Below the pieces are notes generated by a model. The model was not told where the DNA came from and made no database searches. It saw nothing but the letters and a program-made list of their open reading frames with translations. The position numbers and the translations under genes were made by a program. Positions 12,501 to 27,050 of a stretch of 64,000 nt of DNA are shown piece by piece (the stretch's first letter is position 1; each line of letters opens with the position of its first letter). The stretch comes from Lingula anatina (lineage: Eukaryota; Animalia; Brachiopoda), in contig CM120643.1 of assembly GCA_051362555.1 (NCBI GenBank), positions 24,990,848 through 25,054,847 on the forward strand, read 5' to 3'.

Positions 12501-12639
12501 TTGCCAGAAGTACCTTTTTCAGCTCACGTTGTCCTTTGGGCACATCGAGCCATTCCCAAATCTTTTGTGCTTTTTTGAAATTATATTCCTCACTCCAAGG
12601 CGTCTCTCTCTTATATGTTTGTTCTTTGTTCTTTACATT

Positions 12640-12640
12640 T

Positions 12641-12679
<39 letters not shown>

Positions 12680-12682
12680 TTT
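12640..12682. repeat. (TTTA)n microsatellite
   Basis: Run of ~10 TTTA units; similar runs near 3536 and 46260. Confidence 0.85.
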
Positions 12683-13390
12683 GCATGTGTATCATATAAC
12701 CTGAAGACAGAGTAGACAAGCGTAAATATGAAAAGTTGTTCTAAAATTCTAAATCTTGCTCGGCATTAGATGACTTCAAATCATATCTCTTTCCCAAATA
12801 CACTTAAGTCTGTAATTCATATTTAGTTATCTAATACCAGAACTCGTTCCCGCCAAAAGACAATTTTATATAACGTCATTAAAGTCAAAACTGTCGTTTT
12901 CTCACGTACTCGCTTTAACTTCCGATGTAATCATCTGTCTCTCTGCCAGGACATATCAATAAAAATGTGAATTACGTACCTTACAGGTGCAACGCTACCT
13001 TTCTCTATAGAAAAGGTAAAAAAGTCTACTCAGGTGAGGCATTCCAACCTGATGTAAACAACTCTTCTCTTTTTTCTTTCATACTAGAGGATTTTACTAG
13101 CAGGTTCACACAGCCTCTTTCACCGATGTTACAAACAATTTTATTCTAACCCTGATTATGATGATTTGTACTTTGAAAAAAAAACTCTCAAAGAAATCCA
13201 TTCCGGCCTTCTACTCTAAACTTAATAAGTATTATTGTGTTTCAGCTGTGTTTTTTTCCTCAAATAAATAGGCACATAATTTCAATTCAAAGATTTCAAA
13301 GGGTTTTAATAAGATTTTTACAAAATATGACTTAAATATATTTGTTGTGAATATACAGAAATCTGCATTTTTTTTTCTGAGCAAAAGTGA

Positions 13391-13427
<37 letters not shown>

Positions 13428-16400
13428 GGTGCTATGCGTAGGCGAGTACAGCAAGGACATGTTGGTCGTTTCACTGTAGGGATTACTCACATGTCAGCTT
13501 CACCCCAGGGGTTCAAGGCACAGGTGCACCGCCATTGATATTTCAATCAACTCCGTCGACTACCTGCAAGGGCATATTTCTCGTCCGTTGACAAGATGGA
13601 GGAATTTAAAAACTCGTTACTCTGTCCTTCCCACAGCGGCCGGGGCATGAGAACGTCTCTTAAAGACCACGGAGACAATGCCAATCACCAATTTAATAGC
13701 CAAGCCCACCTGAGGATTTTGAAATTTGGAAAAGAAAAATTTCGTTATCGGCTAGCCGTCCTTTCCTGGCTCAAGGTGGTCGCTGGGTAAATGGACTGAG
13801 ACAGAAGAAAAGGCAGCGGTCATTTTGATGTAATCAGAGGTATCGCCAAGATACAATACAAAATAAATATAAAATACTCAATACTTGATACAAAATCCCC
13901 AAAAACCTTTTTCTTTTAATTTATGGCATACGCTATCGATTTCATAAGTGTAGAATTACATATTCTTTGGTAAATTTATTTCTAGTTTTACCACGATGTT
14001 GTTTTATGACGTTGTTCTACTTCAACATGTGCATAAACTACAACAAGCCATGCTGCTTACTTATTATTGTCGTAAACTCTTCCTTTACTGTGGCTGAAAT
14101 ATGATGATATGAAATATTCTGCTTGGCTTTTCAGTGACCTATTTGTGCAGACTTCAAGGTCTACCTAAAGACGATCTTTTTTTAATAAACGAGTTTATAG
14201 CGTAAAATGGATGGTTTGGTTTGTAATTTGACATTGGAATAGTTTACTGTCAACTTGAATGATATATTGCTCAGCCTGGATAATCTTAACCCCACACCCT
14301 AAAATATTTACTGTAAAACTGTAGAGATGCAACAAGTTTTACCCACATATTTAAGCGCAATACAACGCACTGGTGGAATTTAAAGACATTCTGAACATGC
14401 ACTGATCGGATATAAATATATTCTCAAATGATATTCTCAGTTCCCCTGCTTAGAATCTCCCAAATTATGTACATTATGTTGAAAATGATATTCGAAGGTA
14501 ATTCAGTTTTTTTTTCTTAAAAAAAAAGAGAGACGACATAGTTTTAGTCCCATCTGATGTGTTCTTGCACCTTCATCGTGGTAGAAAATAAAAATTCATG
14601 ACAATAGTGAAAAAATAAACTTCATATTCTATGGCCAGGTTAACAGGAGTATCCATAATCTTTCCGCATGGCTATAAGATCGTAACATTCACAAAGATCA
14701 CTTGTTAGATCACACTCAAGTTAAATCACCCGGCACATTGGGTTAGGCACCTCTGGGACCGGGGGGCAATTGCGTCAGAAAAGCCCCTTTATTCAACGCT
14801 GCTCCGCCAGAAAACAGGGAAGAAAGCCACGTCAGGGGCAGACTTGGCTGTCCTCGGTGTTCCTTGCCGAGTAGCAGGTGCGCGTTCTTGAAGAAAAACA
14901 AATCAAAGCAAACAGAATGATCCGAATCACAATGGCGATACAATAGGCCCTGCCCTTTCGATTGATTTAATTGAATGGCGTGCGCTCGTTACCTTTCTCT
15001 CTGTTTCACAGTGCCTGCAATGTGGTTTGCTTTTTGTTTGTAAGTTCTATTTTTCCTTTATATTTTCATCTATTCCCCGGCGTTTAAGCGGTTTGCCTGC
15101 ATTTTCTTCGCTCACCTCAGTTTGTATACACTTCAGTTGTCCTTTAAAGATTCTTTATGAAAAGGAACGCCGATCCTCACCTAGACTTTAGGGTGAAAGC
15201 CAGGAACAGGTGCACATTTTTAAAAGACTGAGGGAATCCACTTCGCTCTAACGCGGTCGCCGGGGAGAAATGGAAAAAATTGAAAAGTGTTGTTTCAATT
15301 TTTATTCCAGATCAAAGAGCGTTATTTCTTAATTTAACTTTTCCGCCCAAGCCACAACCCCATTGCGAATTAGCACCGAAGGAGGGCTTTATTTTAAAGT
15401 AATGATAGAAATATTGAAAATAAGGTCGAATGAATGTTCTTTTCACTCGAAGTACTATTATTATTAATACTTTGTAAGGTCTATAACTTCGGTTCAACTA
15501 TAAACGCCCGCGTTGTTTCAAAAGGTGAAACGTAAATTTGCAGGTGGGAGAGACTCATGTCTTTGGACTTAAACTTGTCAATAAAACAGTGGATCGACAA
15601 CGATGTGTCCTTGTTGACCCTAAGGATCTCATTGTCCCTGGCAATATACAGGACACTTATTACGTACAATACTTTTTCCAAGCCTTAATTTTCTTTTTGC
15701 GTGCCATAATAGTTTCTTTCTATTGAGTCGCTATTCTTAGCTTTCTTAAATACAGTTCCACTAATTGTTTCCTTATGAAAACGTAACCTGTAATTTTGGT
15801 TCAGATACGTTTGTATAACTGAAACCTTCAACAATGCGCATATTGTTGATATGTGATATACTGCTTCTTGATAACTTATGACTTTATCCTTTCCCCACCG
15901 AAGTCCGAAGTACATACTCATATTCTTTTTATTCTCCATATGTATTGCAATAAAAGATAAATAAGAGAGAGATCATCATTCACCTACCCACCCATTCCCT
16001 TTACCTTTCAACATACAAATGATATTACCATCGCCAACAACACTTGAAATGATGGTAAAAATATCTATGAAAATGCGAATAGACAAACAATAAAAAGATA
16101 CTGTTTATATGAAAAAGATGTGTGGTCCAAAGTCAGTCCATCCTGGCTATTACATCTACTTAGCTTCAATCAATTCAAAAGTCACTGAAAAAATAACTGA
16201 CAAGAGGGCGAAAATTGAAAATTGCGAAGTGAACCGCTCTGATTGGACAGCACCTGTTCTCGTCTGCCGGCTACTCGCGTTACGCTTCCCACGTTTGCCG
16301 CGACGCCGTTCATCGTCTGCCAGAGTCCCCTCCGCGGTAGAAATGTTTTAACTTGTCTTTTGATGTTGAACTTGAACAAATTTGAAACAGAATATTTAAT

Positions 16401-19400
16401 TAAGGTGGTCTACATTGTCTTGTCAGAGGACGGGAGTCCTAATGAAAGGAAAGATATCTGGCAAGTGCCGCACGAATTGTTGCCCAGGGCAACCTAGCTC
16501 CGACCGCGAAGAAAATTGCATTAAAATCTTATTTGCGGCTGAAATGATTGTTTTAGTCCAATATTCAATCACGGACAGAGAAACACATTTCTAAAGTACA
16601 TTACTTCTAGTGCCGTTTTTAAAGCTCTTAAAGGTTGGCCTTGTCTCAATGTCACCCTTACTCAAATGATCGTTTTTTTTGTTTTTGTTTTTTGTTTTTT
16701 GTTTTCGAAACTGGTGAATAATCCCCACGTAAATTCATGCATGCAATCTCGTCCAATCATAGTACGTAAGAAATTTATATAAAGTGTGTTGAAAAAAAGT
16801 TGCATCTTGAATGCCAGACTGACTTTATGCAAGGTGCCCACCCTTTTTAAAGGTTGTGTCCAGCACCGTTAAAATTAAAAACTGGTTTTGAGCTTATTCT
16901 ACGAAATTGACGATTTATTAGCACCCGCATTGCAAGTGAACTTCTGGTTAAGCGGTCATCACAATAAGAGGATGGGCGGGTAAATTAATGTACAAAAATC
17001 TTCCCAACGTGCAACCGCGCCTCCTTCCTCCTGGAATCAATTTTAAGTTTTAGTTAAAACGGTGCTGAATGCGACACTTTGTCTTAGAAACAAGCTGTAA
17101 ATGAGCTCCACGCTGCACAGCCTGTAGTACGATCACAGAGGTCACAGAGGTCAAGCAGAAGGTCACGTGATATGACCACTTGCTGTCGTATGTCTCACCA
17201 TGTCGTTCTCATCAGAGACAACTGGCTTCCTCCGCCATATGGCAACCAGTGGGAAAAGTGAAGAGTTGCAGGTTTAAGGTCAAGGCAAGCTGGCCTTGGT
17301 TTCACCATTAGTGATGGAATGTCCATTTTGTAAAATTCTTCTAATAGAAAAAAATCCAAGATGCCCCTGCAATCAATTAGAGTAAAAGTCATTATCACAA
17401 TTTTATTTGGTAATGGAAACCCAGATAATCTGTTTTTGAAAAGAAAATTAAAACGTTCATTGGTGTCTTCTACATATAAGATTAAATCATAAAGAAAAAT
17501 ACCTCCGCAAAAATTTGGAAAATTGATTCCTTAATGCCATGATTTTTATCGTTATATACACGTAACGATTATTTACAGTTCAAACAAACTGTGTAACTTT
17601 TGTAACTAATGTTAACAAAGTTTGTATATAACATAATATAAGTGATTAAAAATGCTATAAATTATGTTTATCTTGTCAAGTTATGTTGATTTGTCGGTCA
17701 TTCTTCTCACACTAAATGATATCCATGCTACATGTATTTTCTAAAAAGTATATATAGGTACTGTATATTATAAATAGGCCTACAGTTTTCAAAGTGCCAA
17801 AATAAAATGTTTACTATTTTAATAGCTGTCCAAATAAAAATAATAATATACATAGGAACGAGCAACACCATTGAGTATGCCTTTCCTGATACTTGTCACA
17901 TCATTTCATGAATAACAGATAGTAAAACACGCAAACACCAAGAGAAAAGGCAAAAAAAATAAATAAATAGATAAAATAATAGAAGTACTCGAAGGTGAGT
18001 TGATTTGGCAGTCCTGTGACCAACTTGCACACACGAGTCAACTGACCAGCTGTTATGCGACATGAGACACTGAGTAACCTTACCCATGTGATAGCGCGTG
18101 TGACAGGGACGCACACGCACACGATAGCTTAGAACAGGTTGTATGGGACCGTATGGCCTTCCGTCCAGCCCAGCCCTTTTCTGTGAAAATGAAAACGAAA
18201 TGCGGTGATTGATTATTGAGTTGTAATTAAACGGAATTTAAATGCATCGGGATATTATAGAATCTTATCGGCAGTATTTCTCTGAACTTTGAGGTAAAAT
18301 TATTGACAATATTTACATCACTGCCAGAGTTTCACATACTAAGGCTAACCCTGTCAAAAATGGACTGCAAAAAAAAAAAAAAAAAAAAAACATTGCGTGA
18401 TTTATCATATCTTTACTGTTTTCATATAAGGCTTTGCTGAGATGGATTTTAAATACATGATGTCCACTAGGAGACAATTGATTGGTCCGTAAATTAGTAG
18501 GCTAAACCTCTGATTATATATTAATACTAAAAAATTATCTCTAAGTTAATTTGTTTAAAAGGTAAATGATTACAGGGGTACCACTATTAAAAATCATTTA
18601 GTTTTCCTAGCGAACTAAAACTAATTTAGTCAAAGCTGCTGTTAGCTACAGACTTCACCTTACATCGAGCTAAGTTGAATTTCTACAACCTGTTGCATAG
18701 CATGCAGTTAATGACTTGGTTTCAAGTGCAAACGCCTTATTTTTTATACAGTATATATATATAAGACTATATATATATATGTACCTCTTCTTGGTTTTAA
18801 CTTTAAATTTGCTATTGAGAGTTCAGAAATTGTTTTTTGTCTAAAAAAATTAGTTCACTTGCGTTCTCGCCTGCATGTCTCTCTCTCTTTCTCTCTCTCT
18901 CTCTCCTGCGCCTTATAGGAACAAGCCGGGTGATGTAATAGACTTAAATCAACTGCATATCATAATATTTTACTTTTATTTTACTTATTTTAAGAAGGTA
19001 TTTCTACTTCACCATTGCGTGACTCAAAGACAATAAAGCGTGACTGCAAGGGCGTTGTTATTACGTGTCCGTTGCAGTTGCTATAGGATCTCGAAATATT
19101 ACGTGATGCAGCAAGTACGAGTCATTTGATTATGTCAACCTAAAAGGTATCCGGGTACGAATTATTTTTTTTTCTGACGGCAGCTGTTTGATCGCATGTA
19201 AACTTGTGAGGATCAGGTTTAATACTCTTATCAGATTCATGTATGGTGATGTGGACAGTCAATTTGAAAACAACTGACTATATGCTTAAATATGTGTGAG
19301 ATAATACACTGCTACCCGAGGGATATATTCAAGAGTCAGAGAAAGGTATATATTTATATATATATATCACGAGAGGGTGGCAGTGTTATTTGACATATAC

Positions 19401-20914
19401 ATGTTTACTGTGAGCAAGTACTCGCATTTCACCGAAAAACACCTTAAAAAACGAATAAAGCGTATATCTTCACGATCACATAACATCTCCAGGTATGTAT
19501 CTCTGTACATAAACCATACCAAAATCTAGGAATTACTGATCAAGTGGACCAACTAAAAAATATATTATTTTTGTCCCTATTTTCATCACATCTCTACATC
19601 ATTTAAGATCGCTTTGAATGTACTCTAAAGGTTCTGTGCTGCAGCTATGATAATGTGCATTTTCAAAAATCAAAAGGTAAAACTCAATGTCCTGTAATAA
19701 CCATTACAGCATTCGTTCAGTAAAGACCACTGTTACTTTATTATTCGCCACTTTACTGTATTCACTTTTTAGTTTTCTATGCTCTAAGTCTAAACATGAT
19801 TACATTATATTAAGACATATGAAAAAAATTAACATATAATTCAATAACTAATTTAGTTCCAATACGGACGCCTCCTTCAACGTCCCGATTCCAGGTTTCC
19901 GGCGAGGCGGCGCAGGTGGCGTTCGCAGTAACAAGTTTTGTGGAGTTGTTTCCAAGAGTTCAGGGTGGTGATAACAACTGCAGCTGAGGCCTGGCTCATT
20001 TTCTGCAATTAAAGACAATGTTCATACACAACCTGTCTGCAATTTGCTGCCTGTTTCGTGGGTCAGATGTTTTTTGATCTCAGTCGGTCAATTTTTTTCA
20101 AATTTCTTGTCACGTTTTGTTATTGATTGCTTCGCTTTTCGAGGTTTGATTGATATTGCTTTGAAATAATGCACATTACGACAATAAAAATTGAGACAAA
20201 TGTCATTACTGAAATAATCCAAAGAATCTGTTATACAACGAATGGTTTTGTAACACGACTTCTGATATCGCTATGGCAATTTATCCAAATTTTATATTTG
20301 ATATATTATAGAATGTCACATTCAATATTTTTCTATTTGGAAAAAAATAATAGATAATGCAAAAAAGCGGCTTTTGCATTTTCATGAAAACAAAAAGGAA
20401 ATCAGGTGAAACAACTTGCCCATAATTGTCTAATTACGTCAAACGCAATTACTATAATGATTATGACAACAGATGTTTATATTCCTTAATTTTGGCTTAA
20501 TTAAACATGAAAATTCTTTGATGATTTTTCCAAAGGGCATAATGACATTAGAAACTATTACCAATAACATCGTCTCTGCGCATAAGTCTGCTTAACAATT
20601 TGAATAAAATAAAATTATTTATATATAAGTAATTATTTTTTTATCACAAGCCTGTGTTCTGCCCTCACCGTTAGCTTGGGGCTAACCTGGTCGGAGGTTG
20701 TCATCATAAATACAGCTTTAGATATTAAATAATTACTATTATATGATTCAACTGCCAAACTAATGAACACTTTTGCTGAAATTATCGATAATATATTGCA
20801 AATAGATTCAACCCATGTTACTACTTTTACTGCCCTTTTATTTGCATTGACTGATTTGCACTGACTGATGATTTTAACTAGAAATCACTCTATACATTAG
20901 TTTTCTTTAATGTT

Positions 20915-20917
<3 letters not shown>

Positions 20918-20956
<39 letters not shown>

Positions 20957-20963
20957 GAGAGAG
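20918..20963. repeat. (GA)n microsatellite
   Basis: Near-perfect GA run; other GA/CT runs at ~10034, 13393, 18879, 29058, 43950 and 52803. Confidence 0.9.
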
Positions 20964-22022
20964 ATGAGATCTCATCCCTCTCAAACGCGTGCCGCTTAAT
21001 GAAGTATTTCCTCTGATCTTTCAAGTCCTACCTGTTGAAAAGTAAATGAACAACCTTCTTGCTATTAATGCCCCTAACAAGTTTGGATAGTCCCTCGTTC
21101 CCAGAGTCCGGTTACATGCCGGAGAGATTATCAATTGTAGATCAACGTAAGTACGGCAGCAAAGCACAGCAGATTCGCTGTGGACGCTATCAGTTTTCGA
21201 AACTTTTAATCTTGTTCGATTTACCGAGTAAATTCGATTAAGGCCACCTTCAGCCGAGATGGTCCGAGGAAAGAGAACAGAGAGATGAGGGGAAAAGAAT
21301 TGGGACGGAAATTTACCGAGTGTGGTTGTATTTTGTTGTATTTATTGTTGTTCGTCATTTGTCTCGCTTCAAAATTACATATTGACACAATAAATACTAA
21401 AACGTATTCAACTGGCATCATAGTAGAGAGAAAGTGGCGTGAAGATAGAGTCAAATGAACTCTTTGATTAAATCTTTTTTATTCATTTATCTATCTAAAT
21501 ATTCTTTTTTCTATTCATAAATTAGGCATTCGATAACATATATTGACCACTCGTAATGTCAAACTGTGTCAACTTTGTCCGTGTAATTACAGTAGACTTT
21601 GAAATTACTATTGCTGTCCATTTAAAGCCACCCTAAAGACACGTGATGCGGTTTACATGGGGACAAAATTGGCTAAATTGGCTTGTTGTGGTTAAAAGTC
21701 TCAATCGCAAGATTTGTTGGGTAGATATTTAGTTATTAAAGAGATGTTTATATTTTAATGCTTCACCTCTTTAAGATTTAAAGTATATCAAGAGAATAAA
21801 TTTAATTAGACAATAAAGAGAAACTCTTTGTCAGAGTTACGAGAGACACTAAACCACAGTGAAAATAACTATTGAAACATGGAATAAATGGCTACTCCTT
21901 ATCACTAAGATTTGGTAAGGGAATTTTGGCTTAACTTAAACACATTCGGGAGTCCGCCTTTCATTAGATCCATAAAGGTTATGGTTAACATGAGATTAGT
22001 GGATGAAAACCAAGGACAGGTT

Positions 22023-22193
22023 CAGGCACGTAGCCGGCAGTTCCAAAGGAGGGGGGGTCTTTTTCTGAAAAAAAAATGGACCTTTTACCATAAAAACTTA
22101 ATGTACCAAGATCAAATTTTACTCAGAACGGACCTTATTCCAGCAAAAAGGGCGGTTCTTTCGAACCCCCCGAACCGCCTGGCTACGGGCCTG
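22023..22193. mobile_element. Small non-autonomous DNA transposon (MITE)
   Basis: Terminal inverted repeats caggcacgtagccgg / ctggctacgggcctg with G-rich and C-rich subterminal tracts; no clean TSD. Confidence 0.6.
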
Positions 22194-24128
22194 GGGTTTA
22201 TCAATGAGAACTGGACCCTATATCACAGGGGACCTCTCCCTTATTCGACACCGGCCAGCCAGACCTGCCTAGAAAGCACATGGTGTTGCTATACAAGGAT
22301 GTGTGTATGTACGTGTGGTAAGGTGGTCTTGACGCACACATTGTACTGACATATGTATATGACAACCTAAGATCGTGAGAAAACTTCTGTTTCCATTCAA
22401 GACAATAAAAGACAACTGTCACACCTGTGAAAATTACAGAAGTGAAAAATTAAGAAAAAAAACAGCACTGAAGAAAAACTCCGACGCCCATTAGAATCAT
22501 ACATTGACTTCATCAGACTATTACAGTCCATCACAAAATTCCAGAAGCGTTACGCCCAGCAATGAATTAATTTGAAAATTCTGAAGTTCGTGTTAGGCTA
22601 AAAAGAGTTCTTGCGTCCGAATTGTATAACCGTAAGTTGTTTTCCTCACCGCTGTTGACTTCTGTCGTCAAATTACGACCTCCGAGCAACAACTTGTGGC
22701 TAAGTTCAATCGCTATTTTCCTAACATCGTGAACCGAGACAGGCACTAATTGTTCGACTTCACGGCTGGAAAAATCCTCTCTCTGAAAAGTCACGCAGTA
22801 ATGTCTAATGTAAGCCATAGGTGATGCAATCAACAGGGTCGGGCAAATGATAAAAGCTGTTGTTTTGACTTATACCCTTACGGTCACCTGTCGGTGTGAC
22901 AGAAATTTAGACACAGCCACTGAGAGCTAATGAAGTAAAAACTGGCATCAGTCGACTGGAATGATTCGGTACCCGACGGTGATTGCGTTCGACTTGCTTG
23001 AATCCCTATCAATCGGGAAATATTCGGAGGGACGCACTTAAAGCCCTTAGGGAGAAAGTAGCCGACCCCTTCTTTAAAGAAATTGGTTCAATTGGTAACA
23101 AGCAGGTGATTTCTCTCACGAGAGCACGCGCGGATTAGCAGGGATGCGTGCTCCCGTGAAAGTGAACAATAAAGGGCATATTACGATGTTTTTCTTACAT
23201 ACCGCTTACGTCAGCCTTTAGCTTTGTGCGTTGGCTTCTCCCAAGCATAACAGCATGAAAAGAAGCAACGGAACCGTTTCAGAATCACACACCTTGCATG
23301 AAATCGGGAGTTTAATGTCCCTTCACCAACTTCTGACCCTTAAAGTGACCAAGACTCGGCAGGCGTTTTCATACTGCATAGTAAAATCACAACTACACCT
23401 GAGATCTTGAAATGAGCCCAAGGGTCGTGCGGGTTCGAATGTGAACGTTGAAGAGTTTACCTCTTTCATAATTATTTACGGTTCGAAATCAACGACAACA
23501 ACCTCACACACACGGTGAACTTGCTTCTTGTTTTCTATTCCAGGATCACTGCAACCTGCCTTGAATTTAAAAGCAAAGGAGAATGGCAGAATACTCTACG
23601 TTGTTTATTTGATGCGTTTTCCGTCAGTTTAACTTTATGTACTACAGTATTATTTTGCATCCAACTAGTGTATTTTTCAGCGGCCGTAATGTGGTGTGCT
23701 CTAAATCGGTTTCGCTGCTTGTTTGATACGAAATTAACACATGCGACTTCACCACTTTTTTTTTCATGACCATCTGCTGTATGTGTCTGTTTTTCTAATA
23801 TTTGAAATATATGCATAACCCGCCTTTTAATTTTCCAAAGCCCTTCTTCAGTTACTCGATGGTGTAAAGAAAGGAATAGAATCAATTATGACCTCTCTGA
23901 TTCTTGATCACTGAAAAATATCACTGATCATCAATACATTAATTACGCTGAAACATAGCATAATGAACGGCACGCGAGCTTCGTTTATACTGCTCCCCGC
24001 TGTTGATACTGTACCGGATTTATCTGTATAGAAAAGAGATCTAAAGAAAGAAAGCAAATTTGACGTTCTGATAATACATTACAATGGATGTAAAACAAAA
24101 ACTATGATCTGTATTTCTCATACATAAT

Positions 24129-24134
24129 TTTATT
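24129..24134 (-). terminator. Candidate snail polyadenylation signal
   Basis: AATAAA on the minus strand followed by a U/GU-rich stretch; alternatives near 24455 and 24835. Confidence 0.3.
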
Positions 24135-25974
24135 CCTTCAGAGACCTTAGTTAAACACTTAAACCTCCCTAACAGACATTGTACACATTGTTGTGGACTA
24201 TACAATACTCAGCAAACTTGTCTTGCTCTCAGTCCCACTGCAAAAAAGCTCAGGGACCAGTCTGACAATAGATCCCCAGTCCGAAAATTGATCAAAAAAA
24301 CGTTTAAACCAAAATGTCCGTATATTTTTGTTCATAATAAAACTTAAATTTAGCCCGTCTTTCTTCTTATAAAACGAGCGCAGTATTTAAGTTAATTGGA
24401 CAACTTCTGATTTATCGAGTGTTAACGTAGAGTACAATTTTCAGTCTTAAAATTTTATTTAAACCAATTTTCGGAAAGTGTTTTCGAAAAAAAGAAAAAA
24501 GCTCAGACACCAAATGAGACTCCAAGAACAGGTTTTGACCGTTCGCTGTACGCACCTCAACGTTGGCATTAAGTGTGGCGCTTAAGTTATATTAATTACC
24601 TTATTCCTTTCCTAAATCTTACATGGTTTTAAGTGAGCTACATTGTAACATACACCTATCTTCTAACCAAAGGCAGGATTTGAATACAATCTAAAAACAA
24701 ACTCTTATATAATAACCTACACGGTCAGCATGCAAATGCCTTATGGGCGACGTTCCGTGCTCCGTGGAAACTCTCTAAATAAATAATCTCATCTAATAAG
24801 ATGTTTAATTGGAGTTAATGAAATCATCAACAGTTTATTTTTTCTGTCTACCCTGTGAGAGCCGGCCACTTAGAGTGGCTATGTGTCTAAGACGCGTGGA
24901 TCCAGTCGCACGCGCAGCAGATAAATGATAAATAAATACGAACGGGGCGTCTGTGCATCTCAGCTTAACTTAACTACCGACTGCAGCTCTACCTTGCATT
25001 TCAACGCAGAAAACTGAGTCACCTGCTTTTGAGATACAGCGTAGAGTTCTACATACAAGTGCTTTGCTCAATGCTCAGAATTTCAAACCTTTTTCCCCAT
25101 CTAAGTTGACGTGAGACCTCTTAGCACCAATAAATTCATTAACTATACTTAACATGTAATATAAACGATTAAATAACGAAACCGTGTTGGCATATAAATA
25201 TCTCAAAGCCAATGTTAAATAACCTCTATGAAAAATAAGGATTCATATCAAATTATTTAAACCGTGGAAACAAATCGGCAGACATATCTGCAGCTGAGAC
25301 AGAAATAACAAAGATTTCTTGGTGTACACGTTAATGTATATAAGCGATATCACGCATATCAAGGTAAAAAAAGAAATACACCATACAATGCTGCAGCTCA
25401 CGTCTCTATAGAAACACCAAATAAATCGCCTTTACTTATCCACCATACCACGTGGCCTTTTTCGTTAGCAAAGTAAAGTTGACACCAGGTCATTGACAGG
25501 ACAGAGACACTTGACAGAGACTTGTAAGGAATGACTATGCGTTGGCGTGTACTAAACATTGGAAATGGTTAAAATATCTAGTAAGGACAGCTGAACTCAG
25601 TTTCAGCGTTAATGTCAAGTAATTAGAGGGCGTTTATCCTAACACTGAGCAGCTGGTGATTTTCTGTGTCGAATAAATGATTGCTTCCATTAAAATATTA
25701 ATAACAAATGACACGTAAAACATTGTAAATGTTACTTGCGCATTTCTAAACAACGCGGTTTGTTTCGTACATAATGTTAACAAGAGTTAAGAAGAGTTTT
25801 CTGGTCAACGGCGTTTCAAACCTAAATCTAAAACGCGTGAGTAAAAACAAACAAAAAACTGTCATCTTTTTTGTCGTTGTTCGTTAACTTGCGGTCAGTA
25901 GAAGAGGGGATCTGCCTACTCCGTACTGACGTACATTATTGACACTATAGGCAGTAACACTAAATAAACCCTGT

Positions 25975-27050
25975 TCATCCCACGTGAATGATGCCCGCGC
26001 ATCCGCCATCCTCGTGTTTGAGAAGAAGAGACATGCGAGAAAATGTCTTCGTGCAGGACTTGCAGCTGTATTTCTTGATGTCGGAATGGGTTTGGAGGTG
26101 GGCACGTAAGTTCGAGCGGTCCGCAAACGCGCGTCCACAGTGAGGGCACTTGAATGGTTTTTCCCCTGTGTGCGTTCGAATATGTCCCTGAAGCAGCCAT
26201 GGCCGACTGAACGCCTTGCCGCAAAGTTTACATTTACAGGGCAACGTGTGTGTGCGTATGTGCATCTTGAGTGCCCCCAAAGACACGTAGGTCTTGTCGC
26301 AGTATTTGCAGTTGAACTGCTTCTTCACCTGCGTGATACAATGAAATTGTTTGTGTTTCGACAGTCCACTGAACGTTGAGTAGCTCTTGTTACACGCTTC
26401 ACAATGGTACCTCGGGGGATCGCCTAGTTTCCGCCTCTTTTCGACATCTTTCGTGTCTTCAATGATGCTTTCGATGCTCCAGGGCAACTTTGGCTTCTCT
26501 TTCTGCTTTGGGCTCAGTTCTGTGATCGGGGATCTCTCATAGCGACCGCTGTCGGCGTACAAACGCTCTGGCATAGGAGGATGTGGCAGGAGAGGGGGCG
26601 ACGATCTCGGTATTGGCAAGATGGGCGGGGGCGGCAGGTAGGCGCCTGGGAACGGTGGGTAGTACGGACTGTACTTAAAGCTGTCGTGCAAAGATTGGAA
26701 ATGTAACTGATGAAGTCGATGGAAATTACTGCCGTAGAGACCAAAATAAGGCGACCCGAATCCGCCAAAAGTCGACTGCCAAAACGGCACGTCGTGGTAC
26801 TTCAAGACCTCCGGACTGCGTGGTTTCAGAAGTTCTGGAACCTTCAGAGGTTCTGGTAGTGAGCTTTTCATTTTCAGTGCCTCGGGTTCCATGTGGCGAG
26901 TCTCTGTTGTTGGAATAGGTTCAGGCTTGGCAATCATGGCCACGGCTGACTGTGGGGGAGACTTCATGCTCAAGTCGTAAACTACCTCGGAATAAAGCTC
27001 TGACTCTGTCTTTGCGACTGATGGTGGTGGTGGAGTAATTGGCTCAGTTT
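25975..27050 (-). CDS. snail: Snail-family zinc-finger transcription factor, exon 2
   Basis: Acceptor ttaattacag ending at 27051; five fingers ([97 protein letters not shown]) diagnostic of Snail/Slug/Escargot; stop TAA at 25977-25975. Confidence 0.97.

Noticed and set aside
21912-22349. 145-aa ORF
   Set aside because: Non-ATG start and runs across a MITE; no protein motif.
23410-23445. GGTTCGAAT B-box-like motif suggesting a tRNA or SINE
   Set aside because: No cloverleaf stems or A-box could be built around it.
6200-24000. A second tandem snail or scratch paralogue
   Set aside because: No additional SNAG or C2H2 coding sequence was seen on either side of the gene.
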